A stretch of DNA of 45,588 nucleotides, counting the filler, from Candidatus Woesearchaeota archaeon (GTDB lineage Archaea > Nanobdellota > Nanobdellia > Woesearchaeales > JAAOYA01): the NCBI GenBank assembly GCA_018221105.1. It is 6 parts of 5 records of this genome, joined end to end, with 100 filler letters (N's around TTAATTAATTAA, not from the genome) between each part and the next. Parts side by side here need not be neighbours in the genome. Positions count along the whole stretch, not along the records: positions 8,327 to 31,231 come from JAAOYA010000010.1; 5 more parts are not named here. One strand, given 5' to 3'. Under the pieces are notes generated by a model that worked only from the letters and a program-made list of their open reading frames with translations, made no database searches and was not told the DNA's origin. The position numbers and the translations under genes are program-made. Numbering within the stretch: position 1 is the first letter of the stretch; each line of letters opens with the position of its first letter. Below, piece by piece: positions 10,641 to 20,173 of the stretch.

Positions 10641-11758
10641 TAAATGTCAAAAATATTTTAGAAGGCTATGATAAAAAAAACATTAGCATCGGAGTCTTGG
10701 GAGGTCACAGTGCTTTAGATGTTTGTTATGGTGCTAAAAAGCATGGTTTTAGAACTGTTTGTGTTGTCAGAAGTGATCGTCAAAAAACTTACACTAAATA
10801 TTATAAGTCAAATGGTGAAAAAGGTGTTATTGATAAAATAATAATTGTTGATAAGTATTCTGATATTTTAAAGCCTGAAATTCAAGAGAAGCTTCGAGAG
10901 TTGAACACTGTTTTTATTCATAGTAGGTATTTTTGGGTTTACTTTGATGATTTTAAAAAAGTTGAAGAGGACTTTAATGTTCCGATTTATGGAACTCGTG
11001 ACATGTTAAAGCTTGAAGAGCGCGATATTGAAAAAAACCAGTATTATTTGATGCGAAAAGCCGGCATTAAATATCCGCGAATTTATGAGAAGCCAGAAGA
11101 TATTGACAAGCTTGTAATCGTTAAAGTCAACGAAGCGCTTAGGGGTTATGAGAGAGCTTTCTTTTTTGCGACAAGCCATGAGGATTACAACCAAAAATCG
11201 CAAGACATGCTAAAAAAGGGCACTATTACACAAGTAGCGTTAGATGATGGCGTCATTGAAGAATACATTTTGGGAGCGCACGTGAACTTCAATTATTTTT
11301 ACTCTCCACTAACTGATGAGTTAGAGCTTATGGGAACTGACACTAGACGTCAAACAAACCTTGATGGTTTTTTACGACTTCCAGCTGATGAACAATTAAA
11401 AGCTTTAGAGTTTGTAAAACCAACATTTGTCGAGACTGGTCACGTTGCTGTGACTGTTAAAGAGTCAATTCTCGAGAAAATTTTCGATCTTGGAGAAAAG
11501 TTTGTTGCTGCTTGCAAGCTTGAGCATCCACCAGGTATTATCGGACCGTTCGCGTTGCAAGGTGCTGTCGCATCGTATGAAGGTAAAGAAGAGCCTGTGA
11601 TTTTTGATGTTTCACTAAGAATTCCGGGCAGTCCTGGCACGATGTTTACTCCTTACTCTGCTTACAAGTATCGCCAGCCAATCAGTTATGGCGAGCGTAT
11701 CGCAATGGAATTAAAAAAAGCAATAGAGAGTGACAAATTAGACTTAATTTGCACGTAA
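10637..11758 (+). CDS. PurP-like ATP-grasp paralog (DUF1246/DUF1297)
   Basis: GGHSALDV..GAK, ERAFF, GTDTRRQTNLDG, TVKESILE, PGIIGPFALQ, RIPGSPG. Confidence 0.88.
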   Translation: MINVKNILEGYDKKNISIGVLGGHSALDVCYGAKKHGFRTVCVVRSDRQKTYTKYYKSNGEKGVIDKIIIVDKYSDILKPEIQEKLRELNTVFIHSRYFWVYFDDFKKVEEDFNVPIYGTRDMLKLEERDIEKNQYYLMRKAGIKYPRIYEKPEDIDKLVIVKVNEALRGYERAFFFATSHEDYNQKSQDMLKKGTITQVALDDGVIEEYILGAHVNFNYFYSPLTDELELMGTDTRRQTNLDGFLRLPADEQLKALEFVKPTFVETGHVAVTVKESILEKIFDLGEKFVAACKLEHPPGIIGPFALQGAVASYEGKEEPVIFDVSLRIPGSPGTMFTPYSAYKYRQPISYGERIAMELKKAIESDKLDLICT

Positions 11759-11802
11759 GTTTTTTATATACCAATTCTACAAATAATAACAGGTGATATA
11801 TT

Positions 11803-12060
11803 ATGGCTGAAGATAAAGAAATCGGCAAAGTAACACACTTTTTTGGCAAGTTAAATGTTGGCATCATAAAATTAACCGATACTGTTAAAGTTGGCGATAC
11901 CATAAAGATTAAAGGTCACACTAGCAATTTTAGCCAAAAGATTGATTCAATGCAAATCAATCGTGCTGATGTGCCAGAAGGTAAAGCTGGTGATGAGATT
12001 GGCATTAAAGTAAACGAGCACGTTCGCGAGGGCGACACAGTCTATTTAGCCGGCAATTAA
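11803..12060 (+). CDS. Small translation-factor beta-barrel protein (EF-Tu domain II / U32 C-terminal-like)
   Basis: IGKVTHFF.K..V, VGDTI.IKGHTSNF.Q.IDSMQI, IGIKV..VREGD.VY. GGTGA RBS upstream. Confidence 0.85.
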   Translation: MAEDKEIGKVTHFFGKLNVGIIKLTDTVKVGDTIKIKGHTSNFSQKIDSMQINRADVPEGKAGDEIGIKVNEHVREGDTVYLAGN

Positions 12061-12112
12061 AGCCTTTTTTTATTTTCATTATAGTCAATATATAGTTTAT
12101 AGTTTGATAATG

Positions 12113-12188
12113 TTTATATAATAGTTAATTCTAAAAGAAAACACAATATGTTGTGCTACTAAAACAAGAAAGATACGATATGTTGTAT
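12113..12188 (+). promoter_or_regulatory. Archaeal TATA box followed by tandem NrdR boxes
   Basis: TTTATATA at 12113-12120. ACACAATATGTTGTGC (12141-12156) and ATACGATATGTTGTAT (12173-12188) match acaCwAtATaTwGtg and are 32 bp apart. Possible third box at 12083-12098. Confidence 0.8.
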
Positions 12189-12212
12189 TCACAAGTTAGT
12201 AATAAAAAAACA

Positions 12213-12662
12213 ATGAAATGTCCGTATTGTGGGTCCTCAGACTCCAAAGTCACAGATAAAAGAGACTCGGAAGACATAACCAGAAGACGCAGGGAATGCC
12301 TACAATGTCAAAAACGCTACACCACATACGAGCGCATTGAATCATCCCCGCTAGTAATACTAAAAAAAGACGGTCGAAGAGAAATGTTCGATCGCAACAA
12401 AGTCCTTACAGGATTACAAAAAGCTTGTGAGAAAAGACCAGTCACTGGAGAGCAACTGCAAACAGTTGCTGATCAAATAGAGCAAGAACTCAAAAGCCTT
12501 GAGAGCACCGAAGTGCCAATAAAAATAATTGGTGAAATTGTAATGAAAAAACTTCGAAAACTTGACAAGGTAGCATACATCAGATTTGCCTCAGTGTACC
12601 GTGAATTCGCAGATTTAAACGAGTTTGAAAAAGAACTACAAAAACTATTAAAGAAAAAATGA
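12213..12662 (+). CDS. nrdR: Transcriptional repressor NrdR (start reassigned to MKCPYC)
   Basis: MKCPYC..S.V.D.R, RRRREC..C.KRYTTYE, ATP-cone KKDGRRE.FDR.K, VAYIRFASVYREF. Confidence 0.96.
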   Translation: MKCPYCGSSDSKVTDKRDSEDITRRRRECLQCQKRYTTYERIESSPLVILKKDGRREMFDRNKVLTGLQKACEKRPVTGEQLQTVADQIEQELKSLESTEVPIKIIGEIVMKKLRKLDKVAYIRFASVYREFADLNEFEKELQKLLKKK

Positions 12663-15568
12663 GCCTTGAGACAAAAACTATAATTGCAGAAAAAGAACTA
12701 AAGTTTAAGGGTACAGATAATGCTTTGACAGTTCTACAAAAAAGGTATTTAAAACGTGATAAAGATGGCAATCAATTAGAAGAGCCTGAAGATCTTTTTA
12801 AAAGAGTAGCCGCCAACATTGCTAGTGCCGAAGCATTATACTCAACTAACGAAGAAGTTCAACAAATGCTTTCACAAAATCCTAGTGTTCCACTTTGGCA
12901 ATTGATTCGCGAGAATGATGAAGCTAGAGCTAAAATAGAAGCTGATCCTATTGTGCAAGAACAAAGACAAATTTATAGTCGGATGATGATGAGTGGAGAT
13001 TTCATGCCTAATTCTCCAACTCTTATGAATGCTGGCAGGGACTTACAACAATTGTCAGCTTGTTTTGTTTTGCCTGTTGGCGATTCAATGGAAGAAATTT
13101 TTGACGCTGTAAAACATACTGCGATGATTCATAAAAGCGGCGGCGGCACAGGATTTTCTTTTTCAAGACTTAGACCATCTAATGATCCTGTAATGTCAAC
13201 ACAGGGTGTTTCAAGCGGCCCTATTAGTTTTATGAAAGTTTTTAATATCGCAACAGACGTGATAAAACAAGGTGGGACTCGTCGAGGCGCAAACATGGGA
13301 ATATTGCGTGCCGACCACCCTGATATTTTACATTTTATTAAAGCAAAAGTTGAGCAAGATCAATTAAATAATTTTAATATATCTGTTGGTTTAACAGAAG
13401 AGTTTATGCAGGCAGTTGTTGCTGATGAAAACTATCAATTAATTAATCCTAGAGATGGTGAGCCAGTTGGAGAATTAAATGCTAAAACAGTTTTTGAAGA
13501 GATAGTTGATAAAGCTTGGAGAAATGGCGAGCCAGGAATTATTTTTCTTGATAGAATGAATGCAAATAATCCTACACCTCAAGTTGGAGAGATTGAAAGC
13601 ACTAATCCTTGTGGTGAACAACCATTATTGCCATATGAGTCTTGCAATCTTGGAAGTATTAACTTAAGCCATATGCTAGTAGAAGATAAAGAAAAAGACA
13701 AAGTTAGTATTGATTGGGATAAACTTGGTCAGGCAGTTCACTCAGGAGTTAGATTCTTAGATAACGTTATTGACATGAATAAGTATCCTCTTGATCAAAT
13801 TGATGATATGACAAAAGCTAATAGAAAAATTGGTCTAGGAGTTATGGACTTGGCCACTGCTTTAGTTCGGCTGGAAATGCCTTATGGTTCTGAAGAATCT
13901 TATGCTATGGCTGAAAAAATAATGGAATTTATAGATACTGAAGGGAAAAAAGCCTCAGAAGAACTAGCAACCCAAAGAGGATTATTTCCAAATTATGAAG
14001 GTAGTGCCCTGCAAGAACAAGGTAGAGCTCAAAGAAATGCCACTGTTACGACAATTGCTCCAACTGGAACTATTAGCATGATTGCTGATGCTCATGGGGG
14101 CGGGGTAGAGCCAATTTTTGCTTTGTCTTATGTTAAAAATGTTATGGACGATCAAAAATTATACTATGTTAATCCTGATTTTGAAAGAGTTGCTAAAGAA
14201 AAAGGTTTTTGGTCCGAAGAGCTTGCTGCAAAAATTGAAGCAAATCATGGTAGCGTTCAAGGATTAAAAGAAGTGCCAGAAGACGTGCAAAAGCTTTTTG
14301 TTACAGCTCATGATTTAACACCAGAACAACACATTAGAATGCAAGCAACAATACAAAAACATACAGATAATGCTGTTTCTAAAACAATTAATTTTCCAGA
14401 AGCTGCAACAAGAGATGATATTCGTCAAGCTTACTTGCTGGCTTTTGAGCTTGGCTGCAAAGGTTTGACAGTTTATCGTGATGGTTCTCGCGATGAACAA
14501 GTGATGACTACAGGAGCTTCAAAAATCCAGTCTCCAGAGTTCCAAGTAAACCTTGAAGAATTGTTAGATTCTAAAGTTATTAAAGAAGAAATGTTTCCAA
14601 TGCTTGATGAACAAACTGCAATGCGCGAACGATACAATGCTACAACTATAGAAGGTGCTAAACTTCCAGGAATATTTTTGCATTTTGGTTATACCCCTGA
14701 AGGCTTTTTGAATGAGATTTTTATTACTCAAGGCTCATCTGGCGGTAAAGACAAAGCTTATGCCGAAGGCCTAGGAAGACTATTATCAGTAGGATTACAG
14801 TACGGTATTGCGCCTCAAAGATTTATTAAAGCATTAAGAGGTATTGAATCAGGAATTCTACCGTATCGCAATGTTATTGAAGAAAATAAGGTGATTCCGT
14901 TCAAATCAATTGAAGATTTGCTAGCTAAAAGACTAACAGATTATGTTTTTAGTAAAGATGAAGAATGGACTGAAGTGCCAGAACATTATGTTAGCGAGGT
15001 TTTTAAACCTCAAGAAAAAGAAAGTAGAAATGTAACAAAGCGTGAAATAGAGTTTAGGGACCCAACACTTGACGCTATAGACCAAAACCAAAAAGTGTAT
15101 CTTTTTATGGTTGAAAGTCAAGAAGGAGCATTAGCAGAAGTTTTCATAAATAAAGGTCGTTCTGGAACTACAGAAAGCGCAAGCACTGAAGCTCTTGGAA
15201 AATTAACATCAATATTATTACGCCACGGGGTAAGCCCTTTAGTAGCTTATAAATGTCTTGCAGGAATTCATTCTCCAGTCATTGCCAGGATTGAAGGAGG
15301 AGGAATGTATCAATCTTTAGAAGATGGTATTGGTAGAGAAATCGCAAGGTGGCATTCTGATAGAGGTATTGACCTTAGAAGTATAAGCGATGGTAATGAG
15401 CTAAGACCTGATTTATTGGCAGATTTTAACGGCCTAAAGATTGAAAGAGTACAAGATCCTTGTCCTGGCTGTGAATCAACAGCTTATACAAAACTTCAAA
15501 GTGATACTAGAGGTCATTGCGGAAATTATAGTTGTTGTGGAGAAGCTTACGGCAATTGTACAGGTTAA
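12659..15568 (+). CDS. nrdJ: Class II (adenosylcobalamin-dependent) ribonucleotide reductase with tandem TSCPD-like C-terminal domains
   Basis: FMPNSPTLMNAG, QLSACFVL, KQGGTRRGANMG, TNPCGEQPL, NRKIGLG, TIAPTGTIS, KGLTVYRDGSR. No beta subunit adjacent. Confidence 0.92.
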   Translation: MSLETKTIIAEKELKFKGTDNALTVLQKRYLKRDKDGNQLEEPEDLFKRVAANIASAEALYSTNEEVQQMLSQNPSVPLWQLIRENDEARAKIEADPIVQEQRQIYSRMMMSGDFMPNSPTLMNAGRDLQQLSACFVLPVGDSMEEIFDAVKHTAMIHKSGGGTGFSFSRLRPSNDPVMSTQGVSSGPISFMKVFNIATDVIKQGGTRRGANMGILRADHPDILHFIKAKVEQDQLNNFNISVGLTEEFMQAVVADENYQLINPRDGEPVGELNAKTVFEEIVDKAWRNGEPGIIFLDRMNANNPTPQVGEIESTNPCGEQPLLPYESCNLGSINLSHMLVEDKEKDKVSIDWDKLGQAVHSGVRFLDNVIDMNKYPLDQIDDMTKANRKIGLGVMDLATALVRLEMPYGSEESYAMAEKIMEFIDTEGKKASEELATQRGLFPNYEGSALQEQGRAQRNATVTTIAPTGTISMIADAHGGGVEPIFALSYVKNVMDDQKLYYVNPDFERVAKEKGFWSEELAAKIEANHGSVQGLKEVPEDVQKLFVTAHDLTPEQHIRMQATIQKHTDNAVSKTINFPEAATRDDIRQAYLLAFELGCKGLTVYRDGSRDEQVMTTGASKIQSPEFQVNLEELLDSKVIKEEMFPMLDEQTAMRERYNATTIEGAKLPGIFLHFGYTPEGFLNEIFITQGSSGGKDKAYAEGLGRLLSVGLQYGIAPQRFIKALRGIESGILPYRNVIEENKVIPFKSIEDLLAKRLTDYVFSKDEEWTEVPEHYVSEVFKPQEKESRNVTKREIEFRDPTLDAIDQNQKVYLFMVESQEGALAEVFINKGRSGTTESASTEALGKLTSILLRHGVSPLVAYKCLAGIHSPVIARIEGGGMYQSLEDGIGREIARWHSDRGIDLRSISDGNELRPDLLADFNGLKIERVQDPCPGCESTAYTKLQSDTRGHCGNYSCCGEAYGNCTG

Positions 15569-17503
15569 TTAAAAATCAAATGCTACAACATCTCGTTGTA
15601 GTCTATGGATGCAGTTTGTCATCGTTATTGTTAGCTCGTGGTCGTTTGTTGCACGTCTTATTTGGCGTAGTAGGTCGATGACTTGGCGAAATAATCTTAT
15701 GTAATCGCCTTCTTGCAGGTTTGATAAATTAATCAATTCTTTGAATTCTATGTTCTCAGACCAACCCATAACTGTTTTTGCAAGTCTGTTAAGGTTTTTC
15801 TTGTTGATTTTTTTGTAAACGTAGCGGTGCTGTTGTAATACCTTGAATAATTTGTCAACTCTTTTATTTCTGCTAGTTTTGAATCTATCGCCCATTCGTC
15901 CTTCATAGATTATTGAAGCGCATAGTAAGTTTATTTGTGGCTCGTCTAGTTCTTGCCACATTTTAGTTGAAAAAATTTCTCCAACTAATAGTTCTTGTGT
16001 GTAAATTCGCGTGATGAATTGTCCTTTTTCTGTTAATTCGTTATTATTTGTTAGATAGTTCATTGCTTTTAAGCGTTTTAGCATCCGATTATATGTTGCC
16101 ATTATTCTAATGATGCTTCCTTGTGCACGGCGCTGGTAGTAATCAAAATTGCTTTTTAGTATTGTTTCGACTTCTTCTTGGTTGTGTTTTGCTACTAGGT
16201 TTATTGCTGTGTTGACTGATAGTTTGAACTGTGATGTTATTGGTTCAATGTCACGACTGGTAAAATGTATTATTTTTTTTAAGTCGTCATGCTCTCTGTC
16301 GTACGTTGCTATTGCACGTCCTATCTTGTCAATTCCTCGCCTTCCTGCCCTACCTGCTAATTGAAAGTATTCTTTAGAATTTAAGTATCGAAAGCTTATG
16401 CCGTCATATTTTTCTAGTGTGTTAAAACAGACTGTTTTTGCTGGCATGTTAATGCCAACAGCAAAAGTTTCTGTAGTGTACAATACTTTTATCAAACCTT
16501 TTGCGAAAAGGTTTTCAACAACTTCTTTTAATACTGGCAGTAGTCCTGCGTGATGGTATGCTATACCTTTAGATATTACGTTGCGCAAACGTTGTGAGCT
16601 TTGCATTTGTTTTGCTTGTCCAACAACTTTTTTGTTATAATAACTTATTATCTCGTTTTTTTCTTGTGGCGTGGAAAAATCAAAACCATTTTTTGCTAGC
16701 TCGCGACTTTTTTCTTCACATGCTCTGCGACTGAAAACAAAGTATATTGCTGGAAGCCAATCACTTGTCTTTAATTCTTTTACAATGCTAGTGTGTGGTG
16801 GTGGCCCAATGTGTTTTTTGCGTTTTTTTTGATGTCCTACTACATAATCGTAGTCTGGGTAATCGTCTAAGCTTACAGAATCAGCTAATTTTTTCGCGTT
16901 AGTTAGTCCTAAAATGCTATCGTATAAGTAATGTTTTAGTGGTACTGCCCGTGTTGAGTATTCTATTACGTCAACATTGTGTCCTTTGATTGTTTTGATC
17001 CACTCTGCGAATTCTTTAGCGTTTGGTATTGTTGCTGAAAGGCAAAGAAATCTTATGTGTTCTGGGCTAAAAATTAGTGATTCTTCCCATACTGTTCCAC
17101 GTTCGATATCGCTCATAAAGTGTATTTCATCAAAAATCACGTATGTGACATTATCTACTGTTTTATCGTTCGAGAGTAGCATGTTGCGATATATTTCTGT
17201 GGTCATTATTAGTACTGGAGCTGTTGGATTGATTACAATGTCGCCAGTGAGTAACCCTACTGCATCATTTCCATAGTCTTTTTTGAAATCTCGAAATTTT
17301 TGATTTGATAATGCTTTTATTGGAGCAGTGTAAATGATTTGCTTTTTTTGTTTTATGAATTTGTCAATTATGTAATCTGCTATTAGTGTTTTTCCTGTTC
17401 CTGTGGCTGCGCTTACAACTACAGAATGATGTTTTTCCACGCTTGCTATTGCTTCTTTTTGAAAGTCATCTAGTTTGAAGCCTTTAAAATTCTCGATTTT
17501 CAT
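15569..17503 (-). CDS. Ski2/Mtr4-type (HelY-like) SF2 RNA helicase
   Basis: TGTGKT, TAPIKALSNQK, DEIH, LSATIPN, TETFAVGINMPAKTV, QLAGRAGRRG, C-terminal DSHCT-like EGDYIR.FRQVIDLLRQI. Confidence 0.92.
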   Translation of the reverse strand: MKIENFKGFKLDDFQKEAIASVEKHHSVVVSAATGTGKTLIADYIIDKFIKQKKQIIYTAPIKALSNQKFRDFKKDYGNDAVGLLTGDIVINPTAPVLIMTTEIYRNMLLSNDKTVDNVTYVIFDEIHFMSDIERGTVWEESLIFSPEHIRFLCLSATIPNAKEFAEWIKTIKGHNVDVIEYSTRAVPLKHYLYDSILGLTNAKKLADSVSLDDYPDYDYVVGHQKKRKKHIGPPPHTSIVKELKTSDWLPAIYFVFSRRACEEKSRELAKNGFDFSTPQEKNEIISYYNKKVVGQAKQMQSSQRLRNVISKGIAYHHAGLLPVLKEVVENLFAKGLIKVLYTTETFAVGINMPAKTVCFNTLEKYDGISFRYLNSKEYFQLAGRAGRRGIDKIGRAIATYDREHDDLKKIIHFTSRDIEPITSQFKLSVNTAINLVAKHNQEEVETILKSNFDYYQRRAQGSIIRIMATYNRMLKRLKAMNYLTNNNELTEKGQFITRIYTQELLVGEIFSTKMWQELDEPQINLLCASIIYEGRMGDRFKTSRNKRVDKLFKVLQQHRYVYKKINKKNLNRLAKTVMGWSENIEFKELINLSNLQEGDYIRLFRQVIDLLRQIRRATNDHELTITMTNCIHRLQRDVVAFDF

Positions 17504-18084
17504 TTTGTGCTCTTGTACACTCTAAAGCCAGAACCTTTGCCTAACACTTCTAGGTTGTCAAAAATTCTTTGCATCTCTGCTGATAGTGTTTTGCCGCCTT
17601 TTTGGTGGCGTGCAACAACTTGCAATGTCCCACTTTTTTTTAAGTGCTTGTAGCTTTGCTCAAATAATTTTATGCAAAGTTTTTTTCCTGCTGTTTGCGG
17701 AGGGTTTAATAGTATTGTATCAAAATCTTGTTCTTTTATTTTTGCAAACCCATCACTCAGCATTATTATGGCTTTTAATTTGTGCTTTTTAATGTTTTGT
17801 TTTGATAATAATATTGCTCTTTGATTAACATCGCTCATGAAAAGTTCTATTTTGGGATATAATTTTTTAGTGTAGATTCCTACTGCTCCCCAACCACATC
17901 CTAAATCTAGTGTTTTGCCAGTTGGCTTGCAGTATTTTATTAGAACTTCACTGCCTTTGTCAAGTCGCCTGTTAGAAAATACTCCGCTTGCTATAATAAA
18001 TTCTAGTTCTAAATTGCAGGCTTTGGTGTTGATTGTTTTAAATTGTAGTGGACTGGTTTGTTTTTTATCATAATAATGAGTCAT
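17500..18084 (-). CDS. Class I SAM-dependent methyltransferase (RsmC/MTS family)
   Basis: GVFS..RLDKGS..L, LDLGCGWG, DVNQRA, NPP. Confidence 0.9.
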   Translation of the reverse strand: MTHYYDKKQTSPLQFKTINTKACNLELEFIIASGVFSNRRLDKGSEVLIKYCKPTGKTLDLGCGWGAVGIYTKKLYPKIELFMSDVNQRAILLSKQNIKKHKLKAIIMLSDGFAKIKEQDFDTILLNPPQTAGKKLCIKLFEQSYKHLKKSGTLQVVARHQKGGKTLSAEMQRIFDNLEVLGKGSGFRVYKSTK

Positions 18085-18100
18085 TTTATCTTATGTTTTT

Positions 18101-18781
18101 TTAGCGTTGCATTATTTGATACCATGTTAGCAGCATTCTGTCAGTTGCGCGTACTAATTCTTCGTTTTGGCCTTGTACTATTATACAATTATCATCTAAT
18201 ATTATTTGCGTGTTGTTTGAGTGCTCTAAATAAATCACTGGCAATTCTGTGTTGTCACAGGTGATTATTGGCCTGTTGTAGCAAGCATCACTATTGTTTT
18301 TTGTGCAAGCTGCTATTCCTTGGCGCAGTAATGCTTTTTTTAGTGATAGTCCTATTTCACTGGCGGCTAGAGCGGTGTATTGCAATCCAGTGGTTTGTTC
18401 TGGATCGAAAGTGATGTAGACTTGGTTTGAAGCATCAAAACTTTTTGATAATTGGCCTGTTATTGGTACTTGTTTGCTTTCGCGAGGCCCAAAGTGTAGT
18501 GGTAGAAAATATACGTCTCCGTACAAAGATAGTTGTGTCCACCATAGTCCATCATATTTTATAAAGCTAAAACCGTTATAGATGTAGTTGTTTTCTCCTT
18601 CTTTTTGGTCATAATTGTTAATTAATAGTTCTTCGAGGCTTTGCGCTTTTGGCGTTAAGAGTTTTGGCAGTGAGAAAAAAATTATTAGTATTGAGAGCAC
18701 TACTAGCGCGCCGATTACCCAGAATTTTGTTTGAACTTGATTATCTTGCTCTGGTTCTTTTTTTGTTGTTTTTTTTGTCAT
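18101..18781 (-). CDS. Single-pass membrane protein, uncharacterised (paralog of 18781-19389)
   Basis: N-terminal TM. YITFDP, PIITCDN and DNCIIVQG shared with neighbour. Confidence 0.8.
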   Translation of the reverse strand: MTKKTTKKEPEQDNQVQTKFWVIGALVVLSILIIFFSLPKLLTPKAQSLEELLINNYDQKEGENNYIYNGFSFIKYDGLWWTQLSLYGDVYFLPLHFGPRESKQVPITGQLSKSFDASNQVYITFDPEQTTGLQYTALAASEIGLSLKKALLRQGIAACTKNNSDACYNRPIITCDNTELPVIYLEHSNNTQIILDDNCIIVQGQNEELVRATDRMLLTWYQIMQR

Positions 18782-19389
18782 TATATTATACCGTAGAGCT
18801 TGTAGAGAATGTGATCTTTAAAGCGTGTAAAATCTGCCGGTCCGCCCATAACTGTTAAACAATTGTCAACGTAGGTGATGTTTTTGTTGTTTGATGCTTT
18901 TAGCACTATTACTTGTTGGTTAATGCTTGCATTTTCACAAGTTATTACTGGTAGTGTTGTGTAAGTGTCAGACTCTACAGTTTTTGCGCTTTGCAAGTAT
19001 ATTCTAAACTCGTCAAATAGTGTTTGCGATATTTCAAATCGTACGTAGTCAATATCTTGTAAGTATTTTCCATCAGGATCGAAAGTCATGTACCATGTCG
19101 GGTGTGCTCGCAAAGTATCAAATACTTCTTGTTCTAATCCAATATCGATTACTGTTGCTGGATGATAATCAAATTGAGCGTTTAAGTCTTTGACTTGCCA
19201 CTTGCCGTTTTGTTGTATTAGAATATAATCTTGATAGTTTTGAGAGTCTTCAATCCCTCCGCCATAATAGAATCCTGCGCTCGAGAGCAGCATTATGCCT
19301 GCTATTACTGTACCCCATATTAATTGTTTGTTAAATCTTTTTTTTGGGGTTGTCCTGTTTTGTGAGCGAAATTTTCTTCTTTTGCGCAT
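18781..19389 (-). CDS. Single-pass membrane protein, uncharacterised
   Basis: Basic N-terminus plus TM. YMTFDP, PVITCEN, DNCLTVMG. 1-nt TAATG overlap with downstream gene. Confidence 0.8.
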   Translation of the reverse strand: MRKRRKFRSQNRTTPKKRFNKQLIWGTVIAGIMLLSSAGFYYGGGIEDSQNYQDYILIQQNGKWQVKDLNAQFDYHPATVIDIGLEQEVFDTLRAHPTWYMTFDPDGKYLQDIDYVRFEISQTLFDEFRIYLQSAKTVESDTYTTLPVITCENASINQQVIVLKASNNKNITYVDNCLTVMGGPADFTRFKDHILYKLYGII

Positions 19390-19471
19390 AAACTGGGTTT
19401 AAATTGATACTATTTATAATCTTTATCATAATGAAAAAACATTTATAGTCTAAAGGCTTTAACCTGCTTCA

Positions 19472-20173
19472 ATGTCAAAAAAATACATTATTGAACTATC
19501 GAATGTTTGGAAAACTTACACTATTGGAAAAGTTGACGTTCACGCACTACGAGGATTAACACTTAATGTTAAGAGAGGAGAATTTTTAGCGGTGATGGGT
19601 CCTTCAGGCAGTGGAAAGAGCACTGCTATGAACATGATTGGAAGTCTTGATATTCCAACAAAAGGTGTGATAAAACTTGACGGTCAAGACATTTCAAAAC
19701 TGCACGAGTCGGACTTGGCACAAATCAGAGGACAAAAAATTGGTTTTATATTTCAAAAGTTTAACTTATTGCCAACTTTTACTGCAAAAGAAAACATAAT
19801 GCTGCCAATGACATTTCAAAAAATGTCACAAGAGGAAAAACTTAAAAGGGCAGAGAACTTACTAAGCCTTGTAGGTCTTGGTGACAGGATGAATCACCTA
19901 CCAAGCGAGCTATCAGGAGGCCAACAACAACGCGTGGCAATCGCTCGCGCGTTAGCAAATAATCCTGAAGTAGTACTCGCTGACGAGCCTACAGGAAACC
20001 TCGACACCAAAACAGGCAACATTGTCATGCAATACTTAAAAAAATTGCACAAAACACAAGGCAAAACTATTGTTTTAGTAACGCATGACTCTGACATTGC
20101 TCGTGAGGCACAGCGTATAGAACGCTTGCGCGATGGTGCATTAGTTAACACAAAACGAGGTAACAAAAAATGA
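19472..20173 (+). CDS. ABC transporter ATPase (LolD/MacB family)
   Basis: GPSGSGKST, IGFIFQKFNL, LSGGQQQRVAIARAL, ADEPTGNLD, VTHD. Confidence 0.96.
   Translation: MSKKYIIELSNVWKTYTIGKVDVHALRGLTLNVKRGEFLAVMGPSGSGKSTAMNMIGSLDIPTKGVIKLDGQDISKLHESDLAQIRGQKIGFIFQKFNLLPTFTAKENIMLPMTFQKMSQEEKLKRAENLLSLVGLGDRMNHLPSELSGGQQQRVAIARALANNPEVVLADEPTGNLDTKTGNIVMQYLKKLHKTQGKTIVLVTHDSDIAREAQRIERLRDGALVNTKRGNKK

Noticed and set aside
12153..12212. N-terminal extension of NrdR in the ORF track
   Set aside because: Overlaps the operator boxes. NrdR family proteins begin at MKCPYC.
12659..15568. Intein in the long NrdJ
   Set aside because: Catalytic motifs are contiguous, with no C/S...HN splice junctions or LAGLIDADG motifs. 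Extra length is the C-terminal duplication.
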